From: Aplysia californica
Taxonomy: Eukaryota
Assembly (NCBI RefSeq): GCF_000002075.1
Contig: NW_004797555.1
Span: forward strand, 327,439 to 391,438
Direction of reading: 5' to 3'
Length of the DNA: 64,000 nucleotides
A program made the translations under genes and the position numbers. The notes under the pieces are model-generated. The model had not been told where the DNA came from. It searched no databases and saw only the letters and a list, made by a program, of their open reading frames with translations. This document shows positions 1 through 13,147 of this stretch, piece by piece. Numbering within the stretch: position 1 is the stretch's first letter; each line of letters begins with the position of its first letter.

Positions 1-442
1 CCCGGAGAGAAGCAATGCTAATTAATAATTCTATGTGATGATAGCACAGGGTCACACGGCTGTGGGCGTACTGCGTACGTACGTACATATTATTATATGT
101 GTATGTACAGCAGCATGTGTAACAGATTGCAGTGACTGAGCTATGGTTTAACACGCACCATATGTGTGTGTGTGGGGGGGGGGGGGTGACAGACTTGTGC
201 AGTCTATTGATTTCACGCAGTCTGCGCCACCCCCTTTTAATTGATAGCTTTTCCATTTGGATAGTTACAGATGCTACGTTGGGCTTACACTTTGTTTTGT
301 TTGTTTAATTGTTTTTTGTTGGGGTTTTTTTGTTTTTGGTTTCTTTTTGTTTTTAGCGGATTGACTAGTTAGGTAAAAGGATGCCATGGACAGTTTGATT
401 TAGGTTTGGTTTTTCGTGTTCTGCTTCTTTTAAGTGTGTTTT

Positions 443-444
<2 letters not shown>

Positions 445-489
<45 letters not shown>

Positions 490-522
490 CAGACAGAGAG
501 AGTGAGAAACAGAGAGAGAGAG
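445..522. repeat. (TG)n(AG)n compound microsatellite
   Basis: direct reading. Confidence 0.9.
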
Positions 523-952
523 ATGTTGCCTCTTTACAATGTACAGAGTGACTTATGTAATAAGAATCTCGTCATCCACTCTAAGGCGTGTAAACAATTG
601 AGCTTGAGGTGTATTATCAAGTCATTTTGATACAGTCTGGGTTGATGCTGTCTTCAAAACTTCTCAAATAAATACAGTTATCCTGTCTGCTTTGGGATTT
701 TTTTTCCTTTTTCTTTTATGCTGCTCTGTTTAGAATATACATTTTTTGTCTTACATTATAACAAATATTTTTATATAATTACTTAGACATAAGAAAATTC
801 TCCCCCTACCACCATTTATATTGAATGGTTAAATTGATGTTTGTCAATGGTCAATGTGTTTTTGCTTTCATTACTTTCCTGTATATTTAGCATTTTTCAC
901 TACACTGACAAAATCTATTTTAGTTTATCTATCTAGCCAATAAACACATTAA

Positions 953-2200
953 GTGGGTGATTGGCGGGTGCTCTGGTGTGGTTTGCTTCTTCTTTCTTAT
1001 GAAACATCTATCATCCCTATCTCTCCTTCTTCTTTTTTATGTTTGTTACTCTCTTGTAACACCTCTAATCTTCTGGCGCTCATATGACCTTATGCAGTTT
1101 GGAGCGCTGTAAAACCTCTTCTAGGACTAAAAAAACATTTTTCATGGGGGTTGGGGGTAATAATAGTGTGATAAGTGGACTGCACACATCAACAGACAGT
1201 ACCTTGTCATTAATATTTGGTGTGTTCCCATGATGGTCAATTCTCAGATTTAAATATGATCGCTGTGTCCCAATACAACATGTGGTATTTCCTTTAGTTT
1301 GTTCTCTTTGCACTCTTTCGCTCTTTCTTTTATGGGCACAGGTGGTTGGACAGTGCCACTGGTAGGTCCTACTTCTTTATTTTCTCTCTGTTGTTTCTGC
1401 CTGTCTGTCTTACTTTTCCTCAATACTAAATGAATGACCATTATTGTGTCGATGCGCTTCTCTTTTTTCAAACAAATAAACATCTATAGGTGGTTGGTGG
1501 GTGCTCTGGTGTTGTTTGCTCTTTCTTTCTTTTCAAACATCTATCATCATTGTCTCTCCTCTTTAACTTCTTTGTATGTTACTCTCTAGTAAAACTACTG
1601 ATGTCCGGCATTTATGTGACCTATTTGTGTTGCAAGTGCTGTAAAACTCTTACTAAAACTAAACAAAAACTGTCTTCATTCTTCTTTACTCTTACTTCTA
1701 GGCTTAAACTTCAACCATTGAAATAACCTGCTTTTGTCCACGAGAGCATTTTCCACTCGTACAATAACAAACAGCAAGTGTTTTGGGCTAATGAGTTCTC
1801 TGGTGTGTGCAGTGCAGATTACTTATCCTCTCTTTCACCATGGCTGGTATCTTTGTCAGCCTGCAGCCAGCATATCTGACCTGTCAGTATCCTTGATGGG
1901 TCAGGTCTGAAACACACAGGGTGGTTGGCGGGTGCTCTGGTGTGGTTTGCTCCTCTCAAGCGTCTATCGTCCTTACCTCTCCTCCTTCTTTTTTGTGTTT
2001 GTTACTCTCAAACACCTCTATTCTTCGGTACATACATGACCTAATTATGTTGCACATGCAGTATAACTCTGACTAAAACTAACTGGAACACTCTACATGA
2101 TTTCGTGGGTGGTTGGCGGGTGCTTTGGTGTGGTTTGCTTCTTCTTTCCTTTCAAACATCTATTGCAAGTGCCGTAAAACTCTTACGAAAAAAACAAAAA
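953..2200 (+). mobile_element. Cluster of four ~180-bp headless retroposon copies (953-1135, 1489-1669, 1919-2082, 2105-2200)
   Basis: consensus GTGGGTGGTTGGCGGGTGCTCTGGTGTGGTTTGC...ATGACCTT...CGTAAAAC-ACTAAAACTAAAA. Confidence 0.9.
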
Positions 2201-2730
2201 CATCTGTCATCCTAATCTGTCCTCCTTCTGTTATGTTTGTACCTTTGGGGAGGACATTTTACATAATTGAAGACCTGAGAACAATACTTTGCCCAAGTCC
2301 AAAATGGCAAAAATTGAGTTAGTGGTGTCTATAAATAAAGAAGACTTTCCCGCATCTATTGATAGTGCATATGACACTCTACTGTTAATGATGAAAGGAG
2401 AAGAAGAGAAAAACTGCAGTGTATCACAAAGCAAAAATAGACCAATGTGTTTTTGTTTTGCCATTTTTTTCCGTTGAGTAAATTCCGACTACGGCACAGT
2501 CTTGTTCTCAGGTCTTCAGTGTGTTCCTCACTCTCCCATGATGNNNNNNNNNNNNNNNNNNNNNNNNNNNNNNNNNNNNNNNNNNNNNNNNNNNNNNNNN
2601 NNNNNNNNNNNNNNNNNNNNNNNNNNNNNNNNNNNNNNNNNNNNNNNNNNNNNNNNNNNNNNNNNNNNNNNNNNNNNNNNNNNNNNNNNNNNNNNNNNNN
2701 NNNNNNNNNNNNNNNNNNNNNNNNNNNNNN

Positions 2731-2930
2731 GCAACCGTGGGGGCACCACTGCATCTGAAATCCAGCTCTCGCCATTTCTTTTTGTCCTTTTTTCCTCAGA
2801 TTGTCGCCCATCGTCTTCCCTGTCCACTCTGTGATGTTGTCCTCTCATCTCCTTCTGTGCCTTCCTCTGTTTCTCTTTCCTTGTACGGTTCCTTGTAGGA
2901 TTGTTTTGGTAAGTAGTGTCAGCGTCTGCT
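2731..2930 (-). mobile_element. RTE-clade LINE 3' fragment
   Basis: minus frame KTILQGTVQGKRNRGRHRRR*EDNITEWTG is the typical RTE C-terminal motif. Confidence 0.75.
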
Positions 2931-3210
2931 GGGGTGTAAACCTGCTGTGAACTGGCGTCTGCTTCAAGAGGGGATCTTGCATCATCTGCTGCTTTTTATT
3001 TTTCTTAACAGAAACCGGGGATAAATGCAGTCTCTCTTCTATAAGCCTTGCTGGCTCTGGAAGGACTTAACTACCATTATATTACTTTTTCTCTCTTTTT
3101 ACTTGAACAAAGACGTGAAGCAACCAACACTATTCAAAACAGTATAGTGAAAAGGGTTAGAATTAAAATATTCATATTTTCATTCATTGTCATGTTATGT
3201 CTTGTTTCAG

Positions 3211-3282
3211 TGGTTGGAGGACAGCAAAGCAGAAAAGAAGCGGGCCAGAGCCAAGCCAGCCGGGGGTGTGCAGCTCCCTTCT
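3211..3282 (+). CDS. SMAP1: SMAP1/2 ArfGAP gene, first coding exon in window (WLEDSKAEKKRARAKPAGGVQLPS)
   Basis: ttcag acceptor, gtgagt donor, 72 nt, phase 0-0, in frame with next exon; Lys/Glu-rich segment as expected after the ArfGAP domain, which lies upstream of the window. Confidence 0.8.
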
Positions 3283-3341
3283 GTGAGTGCAAGATTGTTT
3301 ATAGTGGCTCTTTTTGTTTTACCTGTCACAAACTGTTAAGT

Positions 3342-3527
3342 GTGGGTGGTTGGCGGGTGCTCTGGTGTGGTTTGCTCCTTCTTTCCTATCAAACATATAT
3401 GGTCCTGATCTCTCCTCCTTCTTTTTTATGTTTGTTACTCTCTTGTAACACCTGTAATCTTCTGGCGCTCATATGACCTTACGACGCAGTTGCGAGCACG
3501 GTAAAACCTCTACTAAAGAAAAAAAAG
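3342..3527 (+). mobile_element. ~180-bp headless retroposon
   Basis: family consensus match. Confidence 0.9.
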
Positions 3528-3969
3528 ATGATAACAACGGGGTTGATGACAAGGATAGGAAAAGATTGCATATTGTTGTTATAAATAAAACATACCTCAA
3601 CATTTTATGAATGAGCTTTCAGAAGATCTTTGTCAGTTATGCAATTTCTTTCCTGGTAGTTTCTTGTACGCCCTATGAACAAGGTTTTTCTGAAAAATAT
3701 ACCTTTATAGTGTATCTTAGTGCAGGTTTCTTTTTAAATCACTCAAACGGTCACTCAACATAATGATCATAATATGAATAGTGGGTGTATATATTCATAT
3801 TATATAGTTTTTTGCCTACTAGGTTAGTTTTCTTTGATTGTGAAGAGACATTGCTTAGAAAAACCATGTTGTGATTTATTGCTCTCATGAATGTTCTGAA
3901 GAAAAAGGCATGATATTAGTGAATCATCGACTGATCGCCATTTTTCCATCATGGTTTTCCAACCTCTAG

Positions 3970-4108
3970 ATACCAAAGGCAACTGAGAAAGCTGCCAATA
4001 GCACCGTTGATGCACCCAGACAGAACACTGCTACAAAGGCTGAAGTGAAAGTCCCTGCCCAACCAGAAGTGAAACAAGCTTCTGCTTCAAACGACCTTCT
4101 AGGTTTAG
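3970..4108 (+). CDS. SMAP1: SMAP exon ending in the clathrin box (IPKATEK...SASNDLLGL/D)
   Basis: ctctag acceptor, gtaggt donor; DLLGLD is the SMAP-family clathrin-box motif. Confidence 0.9.
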
Positions 4109-5459
4109 GTAGGTCTCTCACTGCATTTCCGTTCCTTACTTTCTTTATGCAGTGACAGTGTTGTCTGTTCAGTTATTTTGGCCTATTTACCAGACAAGAG
4201 TCCTTGATGCTCCTTTTTCATCATCTCGTTCCATGCTGTTTGCTGTGGGTTTTTTGGTGATTTTTTTTAGAGAATAGAGATTCCATGAATGTGACTGTTT
4301 TAGTTTAATAAGGAAAACTTTTCTGTAGACGCTATCACTTGTTGTCTCAATTGCCTTTTAATTCTCCTATGAATGTAACTTTTTTGGTCCTACTCCATCA
4401 CTAAAATCAGTCACTTCATGATTTTGTCTTTTATAAGCAAGGCTTTTTAAAAAATCTCGTTGAGACCGCATTAGCTACATATGGTTGGCAGCTTCCATAA
4501 TAGCACACCCTGCTGCCGACCATATCTTTCTTTTAGCTTTTACGTTTTTTTCCGGGATGACTCTTCAGTGTGCTGTATTTTTTTAAACAGAGTGAGATTC
4601 ATGCTGTACCAATCTTATATCTCTCTTCTTTATTTTAGAAAATACAAGAAACACCCCAAAAGAATAAAGAATCATTCAGTATTGAAAGTTAACCTTTCTG
4701 CAAGTGTGCTTATGCTGTTGATTCCTTTTTCTTACACCTTGCGGCTTATAACTGCTGCAAATTATATTTGTAACATTTTACTGTTTGTAATCTCTAATCA
4801 TATAAAATAAAGCTGAATGAATCTTAAGTTAATGGTTGAAACATGGTTTTCAACATCAGAATCTGTACCTTGCTTTTGTAGGCATAGAGTTTGAGAAAGG
4901 TTTATAGTTTTAGTTATATATAGTACCTTAATCATTCACTTTTGATAGTGTTAGCAGGATTTCTTTAACATTAAATTCTTCTGTAATTTTAGGATCTTTA
5001 ACAAAGAGTGACTGTCAAGTCTGTCTTCATGTTTCAAAAAGATTTTCCTTTGTGTTTGTTAAAAAGCATCAGGTGGTCTGAAACTGTTGAATTATGTGGT
5101 GTTTGATGTTGTCTGTTGCACCTTTCCCCTGTTTTATGCACTTTCTATTTTGAAATATTACTGGAAAATGCTCTGTAGGCTACTACTACTATCTTTTGAA
5201 AAAAAAAATTATTATCTTTTCTTTGCGAACCCTAATGGTTTTTACTTATTAAAAAAGTTCTTCTGAAATCATCAACTCACACTATCATTAACATCCTTTG
5301 GGTTTTTGTTTTCTTTTTCAGTGTAGAGGTAATTTTTTTAATGAGTGAATATTAGTAAAGCTGATTTTGTGCTTTGGTTTTCGTGATGTCTATTGTGCGT
5401 ATTTTGTGTTTGAAATGTACTTTGTAACAGATGGTGTGGCCAAATCTTTCTGTCCATAG

Positions 5460-5492
5460 ATTTAGGTGCCCCACAGCAAACTAATGTTCAGC
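5460..5492 (+). CDS. SMAP1: SMAP 33-nt microexon (DLGAPQQTNVQ)
   Basis: ccatag acceptor, gtaagt donor, symmetric phase 1-1, completes LLGLD. Confidence 0.75.
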
Positions 5493-6313
5493 GTAAGTGA
5501 TACTACTTTAGCACCTTTTTTTGTTTACTTTCGGGGGCGGCTTTCTGAGACGTTTGTTCTAATTTTTTTTTTTTTTTTTTTGGGTGCTGTCTTGCTCAAA
5601 CCCCCCCTGCCTTATCATTTGGAAACAACGATTTTGTAAAATGATTTGTCCTCAGAGACATCATTTTTGCATGATTCAGTTCTGTCATAACCTGTTCTAT
5701 ACATTGAGAAGTGATGACGATTCAATTTGAATTTATCTTTAATTTTAATTTACAGAATAACACTTTGCACATTTATTCCATATTTGCCCATGTCGTTTTA
5801 GGTTTTGAGGGAAATAGCAAAAAGTTATTTTACCCTGTCCGTATATTGGTTCTTTTGTGCTTTTAAAAAAATAAAAAATTAAAGGTTGCCTCTCTGACAC
5901 AGTATGAAACTTTTGTACTTTTTTAGTATCCACATAAAGGTTTTAACTTGACAGTGAGAGAGCACAATGAACTTTTCAGTAATGATCATAAAAAGTTGGC
6001 CCGGGCATTTATGGAAAGAGTGTGGCTTACTTTTCTTTTCTAACACCTTAAGCATATTTGTTTTTCTCTTAAATATATTGTTCTGGGGCCTCTTGCGTGA
6101 GTCTTGTATCTGTACTTTCCAAAATCAAAGAGGCAGTAACTTACTTTGCAGTTGCACAGTACAAAATACCCAATCTAGTCACCCAGCCAGGAGAGTGACT
6201 GCCACGGACTTCTCGGGCCTGCGCCAGGTGACCGGAACAGATAATTTTTACCAGCGCGTTATTGCGCCAAGTGACCGCAAAGTGTTAAGACTGTACTTAA
6301 GGCAATAAATTAA

Positions 6314-6608
6314 CTCTTTAAACCCCATCAGACGGTGGGAGCGTCTATTGGTAATAACCCTGTTCCCTGTCAGATGCTGGGAGCATCCGATACTAGTGAC
6401 AACTGTTTCATTTCATTTAGTGCTAGTTTTTACTTTGTTTTTCGGAACTATTCCTGAACCAAGTTTTTTAATAATGACTAAGCCTTTGTTTCCGCCGTTT
6501 AGAAGTTGGAGGCAAGCTTTGGGGTTATAATGAGACATAGTGCACTAGGTTTAGGTGACTGTAGAAAAAACTCAGAGAAATGGTGTAAAAAACTCAGGGT
6601 TTAAAGAG
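6314..6608. mobile_element. piggyBac-type MITE
   Basis: TTAA TSD, TIR CTCTTTAAACCC/GGGTTTAAAGAG. Confidence 0.75.
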
Positions 6609-9231
6609 TTAAAACTGTACGTTGTACAACTGACAATAACTTAAGACTGTTTTTTACAGCAGTCTTGCCTCAGGAGACCAAAAAAGTGGGACTGTGGGTG
6701 AATTTTGTTGCCTCTGTGTTATGCAAAGCAGTATCAAGGAGAACCACAGAGTTCAAGTAGAGGTTGTTGCGCAATGATCCTTTTGTGAAATTTGCCTTAA
6801 CTTTTTTTTAAAGTTGTTTAGTTGGACGTCAAAGTGATTTTTCTCCGTTCAATATAGGGAGAATGGTAGGTTGATGCGAATTTGTAATACAGGAGTATTT
6901 TTGCTTGTGAATCGAGGGATCTGTGTCTGGAAGCCAGTTATCGTAGTGGGTTGTTTTCTTCTCTTTAACCTGTTGTCCTCACATTGTAGTAGGTCATCAG
7001 TAGATTACAGTTGCTGGTCTTTACAGTGCTTCTTCACCAAGTGGGTTAAGTTACTCTTGGGGATATGGGAAACTAAAGGAGTGCACTTTTCAGTAAAAGT
7101 TCGAAAGTTAGATAGTGGGGGAGGGGGATGGATATTGTTTCACCAAAGTCTCAACAGCGTATTGCATACATTGAAAATGTTGAGAAGCACTGGTGACGAA
7201 CTAACGCATCATGTCTTCTTTCTGTAACATTCCAGCCTACTTCAGTCAGACTCAATAAACTGAGCAAATTTTGCTTGGATTTACTTTTTAGATTTAGGCA
7301 TGGTCTGGAATGTGAAGTAAAGAGAGAGTGTTTGTATGTGTGCATATTTTGTTTTGTGGCATATGGCATGTCCTAAGAATGGAATTCAGACATTTTTGGT
7401 TATTAGTGTTGTTTTTGGAAACAACTGCTATTTGTGGATTTTTCTTTTTGTAGATTCAGATTTTTTGGGTTTCGTTGTCTAGTTTTCATACTTCCACAGT
7501 GGTATATTTTTAGGAAGGTTTGATATGTCACTATATATATATGTGACATGGTAAATTTATTTTATATTTTGAGCGGTTATTCACAAGACTCATGTGCAAG
7601 ATGGTATTTTATTACAGGGAGTAGATCTAGTCTTTTTTTTATGTTGTGTCTTTCAAAGTGTTTCACAATTTCTGGTGGTTGGTTTTTCTTATTCACAAAG
7701 ACAAATTGGAAACTTTGATAGCATCATTTGGGATTTTCTCTCAGGGTTTTTTTTTCTTCCCCAGCATCACACTGTTTCTGCATTTGCTTTGATTGTCATG
7801 TCTTTGTCTTGTCTTATTCTTACTCTTTATCTTTTGCTTACTCGCTGGCATTTGATTTGGCATAGGCTTTGGTATGATTTGCTTTCCCTACTCTTTTAAA
7901 TCACACTGGCTTTCTTCCTGGCTAGTGCTCTTTTTGGCTTCTTTTCCTGTCAGTTCATTATACATTGTTTTGGTGAGAGTAAACCTCTTTTTTATTCTGT
8001 CTTTTATTCATTTGATATAATTTCTTCTTCTTTCTCTTGGGTCGTTTTCTACAATTTTGAGACTCACAATGCAACTGATTGTTACGTATGTGGCCTATTT
8101 TGTATGAGAGCTTACTATTTCTGGCCTGTTGTGCAGCCTTATTTGATTTTCAAATGCTGTCCATTTCTACCTGTAATACTGAGTTTTTTCTGGTTGGAAC
8201 AAGATGATTAAAACATTTTGGACTGTACAGCAAGCCAGAGCAGGTCTGCTCTTCTTCGTCAGGTGACTACAAAAGAATCTTTTAGATCTTTATTGGGCAC
8301 AAAGGGCCTTTGGTTTCTTTTTAGTTGTGATCAGAGAAGACGAGTTTCTGCATTGTTCCTGCCCTAAGATCAATGGTGTGAAATCCAAATTACCCAATAA
8401 GCAATACCCGTATTTGCTCGGATTGGGAGCTGAACCAGATACTTTGATTTGAGAAACAAGTTGCTGGCCTCTTGGCTGTCCCTCTCCTACTGCCTGTGTC
8501 TGCTTTGAATATTTTGCCTTATCTGTCTGCATGTCAGTTTCTATCAATGAATTTATGGATTTTTTCATATAACAGAAGGATTCTTTTCTTTTTTAACCCC
8601 TCAGGGTAGTAAGTAGTTTCTTTACTTTCGCTGAATATATGTGATTAACAGCTTTTCTTTACCTCTACCTATTCCATGTTCTTTCACAGAATTCATTGTG
8701 TTAACCCAGTTGTTTGTAGTATGTGTGACATTAATTGATCGTCTTGTTGTACCAACCTTGTATGCCAAGAGATCTCCCAACAGCAAGCTGAAAGCCTGCG
8801 TGTGCTTCTTCCCAGTGGATGCCTCCTCGCTGCCACTCGCTGCTCACATTGCGTTAAGTTTAGCCTTTTCAGTGAAATAATGGCGTGCATTGTGTTTCAG
8901 CTTTGCATTTTTGCTACATGCTGCAGAGTTTCTAATTTTGTCTGTTATTTGAAAAAGAGTGAAAACATTTATGTGACAATTTGTAGTAAGTTGGGCTTTT
9001 TTTTCTTCTCTAGTATAAGGGTTGTAGAATTTCACAATCACTCTCCTAACTGGCTATGGCTTTCCTATCATTTTGTAATCTCTTTTTCTCCGGGGTCATT
9101 AACTATTATCAGTGGGGTATCAAACACACGCACACACACCTTTACTTTAAATATTCTGGTTGATAAAATGGTACTGACAGATTATTACTATAATGCATCA
9201 GTGCATCTGATGGTGGTGGTTAAACATTTAA

Positions 9232-9474
9232 CCCTATCCATACGCCATGGGGTCATTTTGTACTCCCGCATTGTATTCTTCACATTTTAGAATACTTCTA
9301 GTACGAAGATTTCTTTGAAACTTTCACTACTTTCAGTATTTCTCAAAAAAATCCTTTTGACAGACTGCTAAGCGTACGGATCGGATTAACGAGTAAATTT
9401 CCTCATTGGAAAGTGGTGGCACAGAGTTCCCCACGTCGTATGGATACAATAGTAAACACGACGTACGGATTGGG
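9232..9474. mobile_element. piggyBac-type MITE
   Basis: TTAA-CCC...GGG-TTAA; inverted second copy at 32097-32333. Confidence 0.8.
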
Positions 9475-10072
9475 TTAAAGTTGAGGAAGAACAAACCTGG
9501 TGTTTAGATTAATTGTAGAAAAAGTTTTGGCCATGGTGAGATCTTCTCAGTATTTTTCCAAATGTTTTTGGGGTTGTTGCTGACAAACTGTTCCGGTCAT
9601 ATAACTATCATCACCTTGCTCATGTTTAGTCAATATTTTCGGTGTAATTATTCATCATGCTATGTAGTGTATGCACTGCTTTGTGAATGAATGTATTTAT
9701 TTGTGCCCAACAAAGAAAGATCAGAAAGTGGAAAACGGAGTCAAAGTCTTGTACAATGTTCTTTCAGTTGCTACATCAGTGAATACTTCTCATAAAATAG
9801 CAGGTAGTTGTGGATCAGATGTGGTCTACTACTTTTTTATTGATTGATGGATTTATTTATTTATTTGTTTGTTTTATTTTTTTTTTATTGTTTTATTAAT
9901 ATTATTAGAATCTATGTTTGGGCGAATGTGGCCATCATGCTTACTCCCAGCATAGTACAACTCGGCTTTCGTTGTGAAGTAAGGAGAGCTTCCTTAATTT
10001 GGAGTGTAATAAATCTTTTTTTTTTTCCTCTTTTTTAAAAACATTTTTTTCCCTTGTTTTTCACATGTGCAG

Positions 10073-10191
10073 AGGCCACCCCAGCCCCTAGCTCCGGCGG
10101 GAACGAGCTGTTTGACTTCTTCATAGAGCCCAAGCCTGCAGAGACAGCGGCCAACCCGCCTGGACAGTCCTCAGCCGCCAGTGATCTCATG
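10073..10191 (+). CDS. SMAP1: SMAP exon (QATPAPSSGGNELFDFFIEPKPAETAANPPGQSSAASDLM)
   Basis: polypyrimidine tract plus tgcag, GC-rich island in an AT-rich intron, phase 1-0 fits both neighbours. Confidence 0.85.
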
Positions 10192-10860
10192 GTAGAAACT
10201 CTGGGGGGGAGGGGGGGGGGGGGTTGTTAGTAAAAGCAGGCTTTTTCCAACGGTCGCGAATTTCCTCGGACAGTGCTGAATCCGGCAATTGGAAATTTGA
10301 GAGCCTTATCACATACACTATAATAATAAGAAGAAGAAGAATGATAATAATTTTAAAAATACTAATAATGANNNNNNNNNNNNNNNNNNNNNNNNNNNNN
10401 NNNNNNNNNNNNNNNNNNNNNNNNNNNNNNNNNNNNNNNNNNNNNNNNNNNNNNNNNNNNNNNNNNNNNNNNNNNNNNNNNNNNNNNNNNNNNNNNNNNN
10501 NCATATTTACGCCCTGCAGCATACTCTATGCGCATTACAATCTATTACCTCAGCAGACCCAACGACACTCGGAAACATTCTCGGCATACAGTGCAAGCTG
10601 CAGATTTCAGGTGCTCAGGCACTTAACAAGTTGACAAGATCTTTCACTGTCCATAAACTGAATTTCTGTTGAGCATAGGGAATGACGTCCTCGTCAGGGT
10701 GCGAGATCAACTGTTCAAAATTGTTTGGATATTATATGAAAACGCTACACCAAAACCAGCCCCTCTTGATGGGATTCTGGTTGCTGTTACATAATCTGAT
10801 GTCATAATGTTGGGTATCTTTGCCCGGGGTTGGGTTTTTTTTTTTGGGGGGGGGGGGGGG

Positions 10861-11375
10861 TAAGTGTTTTACGGGGCTCGCAACAGCACAAGGTCATATG
10901 AGTGCGCATGACACACCATACGTTTTCAGTTGGTCGGAATTTGGAATTTCGCTGGAGTGGCAGCCGAAGCCTACTGTTGTTGATTTTGGACCACCAAGGG
11001 ATCTTGAATGTGCCCAAGTTGCACAGGGGACTTCCTCGATTTTTTGCCCTAGTCCGAGAAGGCTAGGTGTAGATCTTACCTACCATTAGATCAGGGGTGT
11101 GGCTGAAAGACAGCAGTAAGAAGGAGCCATGGAGAATCAGTAGAAAGACTGTAGAAAGAGTCAGGAGCCCAGAGGAGGGGGCAAAGGAGATGAAGGGATG
11201 GGGGCAGAAAGTGGAGACGAAAACAGACGACAGAACATTGTTAAAGAGCAGGAAAGGTTTTGAAAGGAGAAAATTATAGAGAAGAACATTTTCCGTCGCT
11301 ATCCGAATTCGAACCGGGGACGTTTTGAAAGAGAGGCGAACAACTTCACCTCTAGGCTAGGCCACGAGAGCCCCC
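10861..11375 (-). mobile_element. tRNA-headed SINE (~500 bp)
   Basis: GGGGGCTC head with A box and GGTTCGAAT B box, pyrimidine-rich body, tail ATGACCTT...GTTGCGAGC.CCGTAAAAC; second copy at 32584-33068. Confidence 0.85.
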
Positions 11376-11922
11376 GACTGGGTTTTTTGAAAGTTTGGCA
11401 AGCCTAGTAAAAGGCAGTTGAATCTATGAGAATTGTAATGTTTACTTGGTCCTCTGCAAAATTCATCCACAGACTTTTCTTTTCGCACAATGACCTTTAA
11501 TATACAATTGAGAAAAGCAAATACAGTTGCGCATTCGAAAGAAGTATATAAAGTTATAGGAAAAACAAAAAAGCAAATGCCCATGGACAGCAATACCCCA
11601 CTTAGATCTTACCACAAAACAGACAGATGTGATCCCCACCAAAATGAGGGATGTCCTCAGCGTTGCACACAAGAGAAATTGTATCAGTGTACAGTGTATG
11701 CATGCAATGAGAATATCTATTCAGAAGTTTGCAGTACTGATATTAATGAAATTATTTAATAGGAATTGTTTGCCCTGACATGTCATATGTGTATGAATTT
11801 TGTTATCGTATATACAGCGGGCTGTAACTTTTTGCAACTTCAACTGTTTTTTTGTTGTTGTTGTTTGTTTTGCTTTTTTGTTTATCAGCATGTTTACAAC
11901 TATTCTTAGTTGCTGCTTTTAA

Positions 11923-12102
11923 GTGGGTGGTTGGCAGGTGCTCTAGTGTGGTTAGCTTCTTCTTTCCTCTCAAACATCTATCGTCTTTATCTCCCATCCT
12001 TCTTTTATGTGTTTGTTACTCTCTTGTAACACCTCCAATCTTCGGCACTTATATGACCTCATTGTGTTGCAAGTGCCGTAAAACACTTACTAAAACTAAA
12101 AA
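11923..12102 (+). mobile_element. ~180-bp headless retroposon
   Basis: family consensus match; ends 23 nt before a SMAP exon. Confidence 0.9.
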
Positions 12103-12125
12103 GCTGTTTTTACTTTGCCTCCTAG

Positions 12126-12279
12126 AACGGTGCTTCTGAGAACAACCTGTTCGGCAATGACAATGCACAAGTGGCTGGCAGTGGGGAGGAGAAGAAATCT
12201 GCCAAGGATTCCATCATGGCGTTATACGGCGGAGGAGGGGGTGGAGGGGTGAGCCAGCCTCAGATGTACGGTGTCCCGG
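12126..12279 (+). CDS. SMAP1: SMAP exon with KDSIMALY motif
   Basis: cctag acceptor, gtaagt donor; KKSAKDSIMALYG matches the SMAP KDSILSLY signature; ends QMYGVP/G. Confidence 0.92.
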
Positions 12280-13147
12280 GTAAGTCGTTGAATCGTTTGT
12301 CTCTGCCAGTCATTGTTTGTGGCTTCCTATTTTTTTGTTATTGCATTTAGAGGCCTACAATAATGCTGGTTAAGCAGGTGGGGTGCTGTTTTTTTAAATA
12401 GTTGTATGTGTAGCAATGGAGTACTAAGCAAAAGTGTTTGAACTGTAGGGTTAATAAATCACGACAGCGGTGCCTACTTCTCTTTTTTTAGTACTCAAAC
12501 AGATTTGCTCTTGAGTTTTGCTCCAAATAGGTCACCACCCTGGAAATGCAATGTAAGATTTTTGTTTCAGTTCAACTTTAACGGTTTTATTGAAGGAAGT
12601 TGTAGACACAGTAATCAGGTGATTTTTCCAGTTGACTGCCTCTGTTTTATAACACTGTGCCAGTTTTTGCTCAGTGAGGGGCTAGTCAGTTTGTCCTTTT
12701 GAAGTTTGAACATAATATGTTGATAGACAGGTGTGTATGTATGTCTTGTTGCGAATGTTGGTTCATGTGTTTGTGTGTCTTTCTGTTTTGTCTTTCGTAT
12801 TCACCGCTTTTCTGACAGAACATCCTGTGCTGTGTGTTTTGGTGTAGTTTTTGCATGACATGTCTCTCAGCATTTCACAAGTCTTTCACTAACTCTTTTC
12901 CCCTTTCTTCATTGCTAGCACAAGAAAGAATTAGAAAAATAGGTGTAGGCCTAGTTGGGTTTTCAAAGGAGAAGCATGTTGTAGTTAGATAGATTCAAAT
13001 ACGTTTGACAAAATATTCTTAGTAGTTTGGATGTCTCCTCTTTGGTGTATTTTTAATTCTTTTCACTGCAGAATACTAAAGACAATAGTATTTCGTTGTA
13101 GAAAATAAAAGCCTTTGATGTTGCTGTAGGAGATAGAATCTTTGATT

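Noticed and set aside
2356-2848. ORFs spanning N runs (also near 10.4, 16.6, 25.4, 47.6 and 53.3 kb)
   Set aside because: Artefacts of assembly gaps
3048-3476. Recurrent hydrophobic ORFs (VGGWRVLWCGLLLL...)
   Set aside because: Translations of the dispersed 180-bp retroposon, not a protein family
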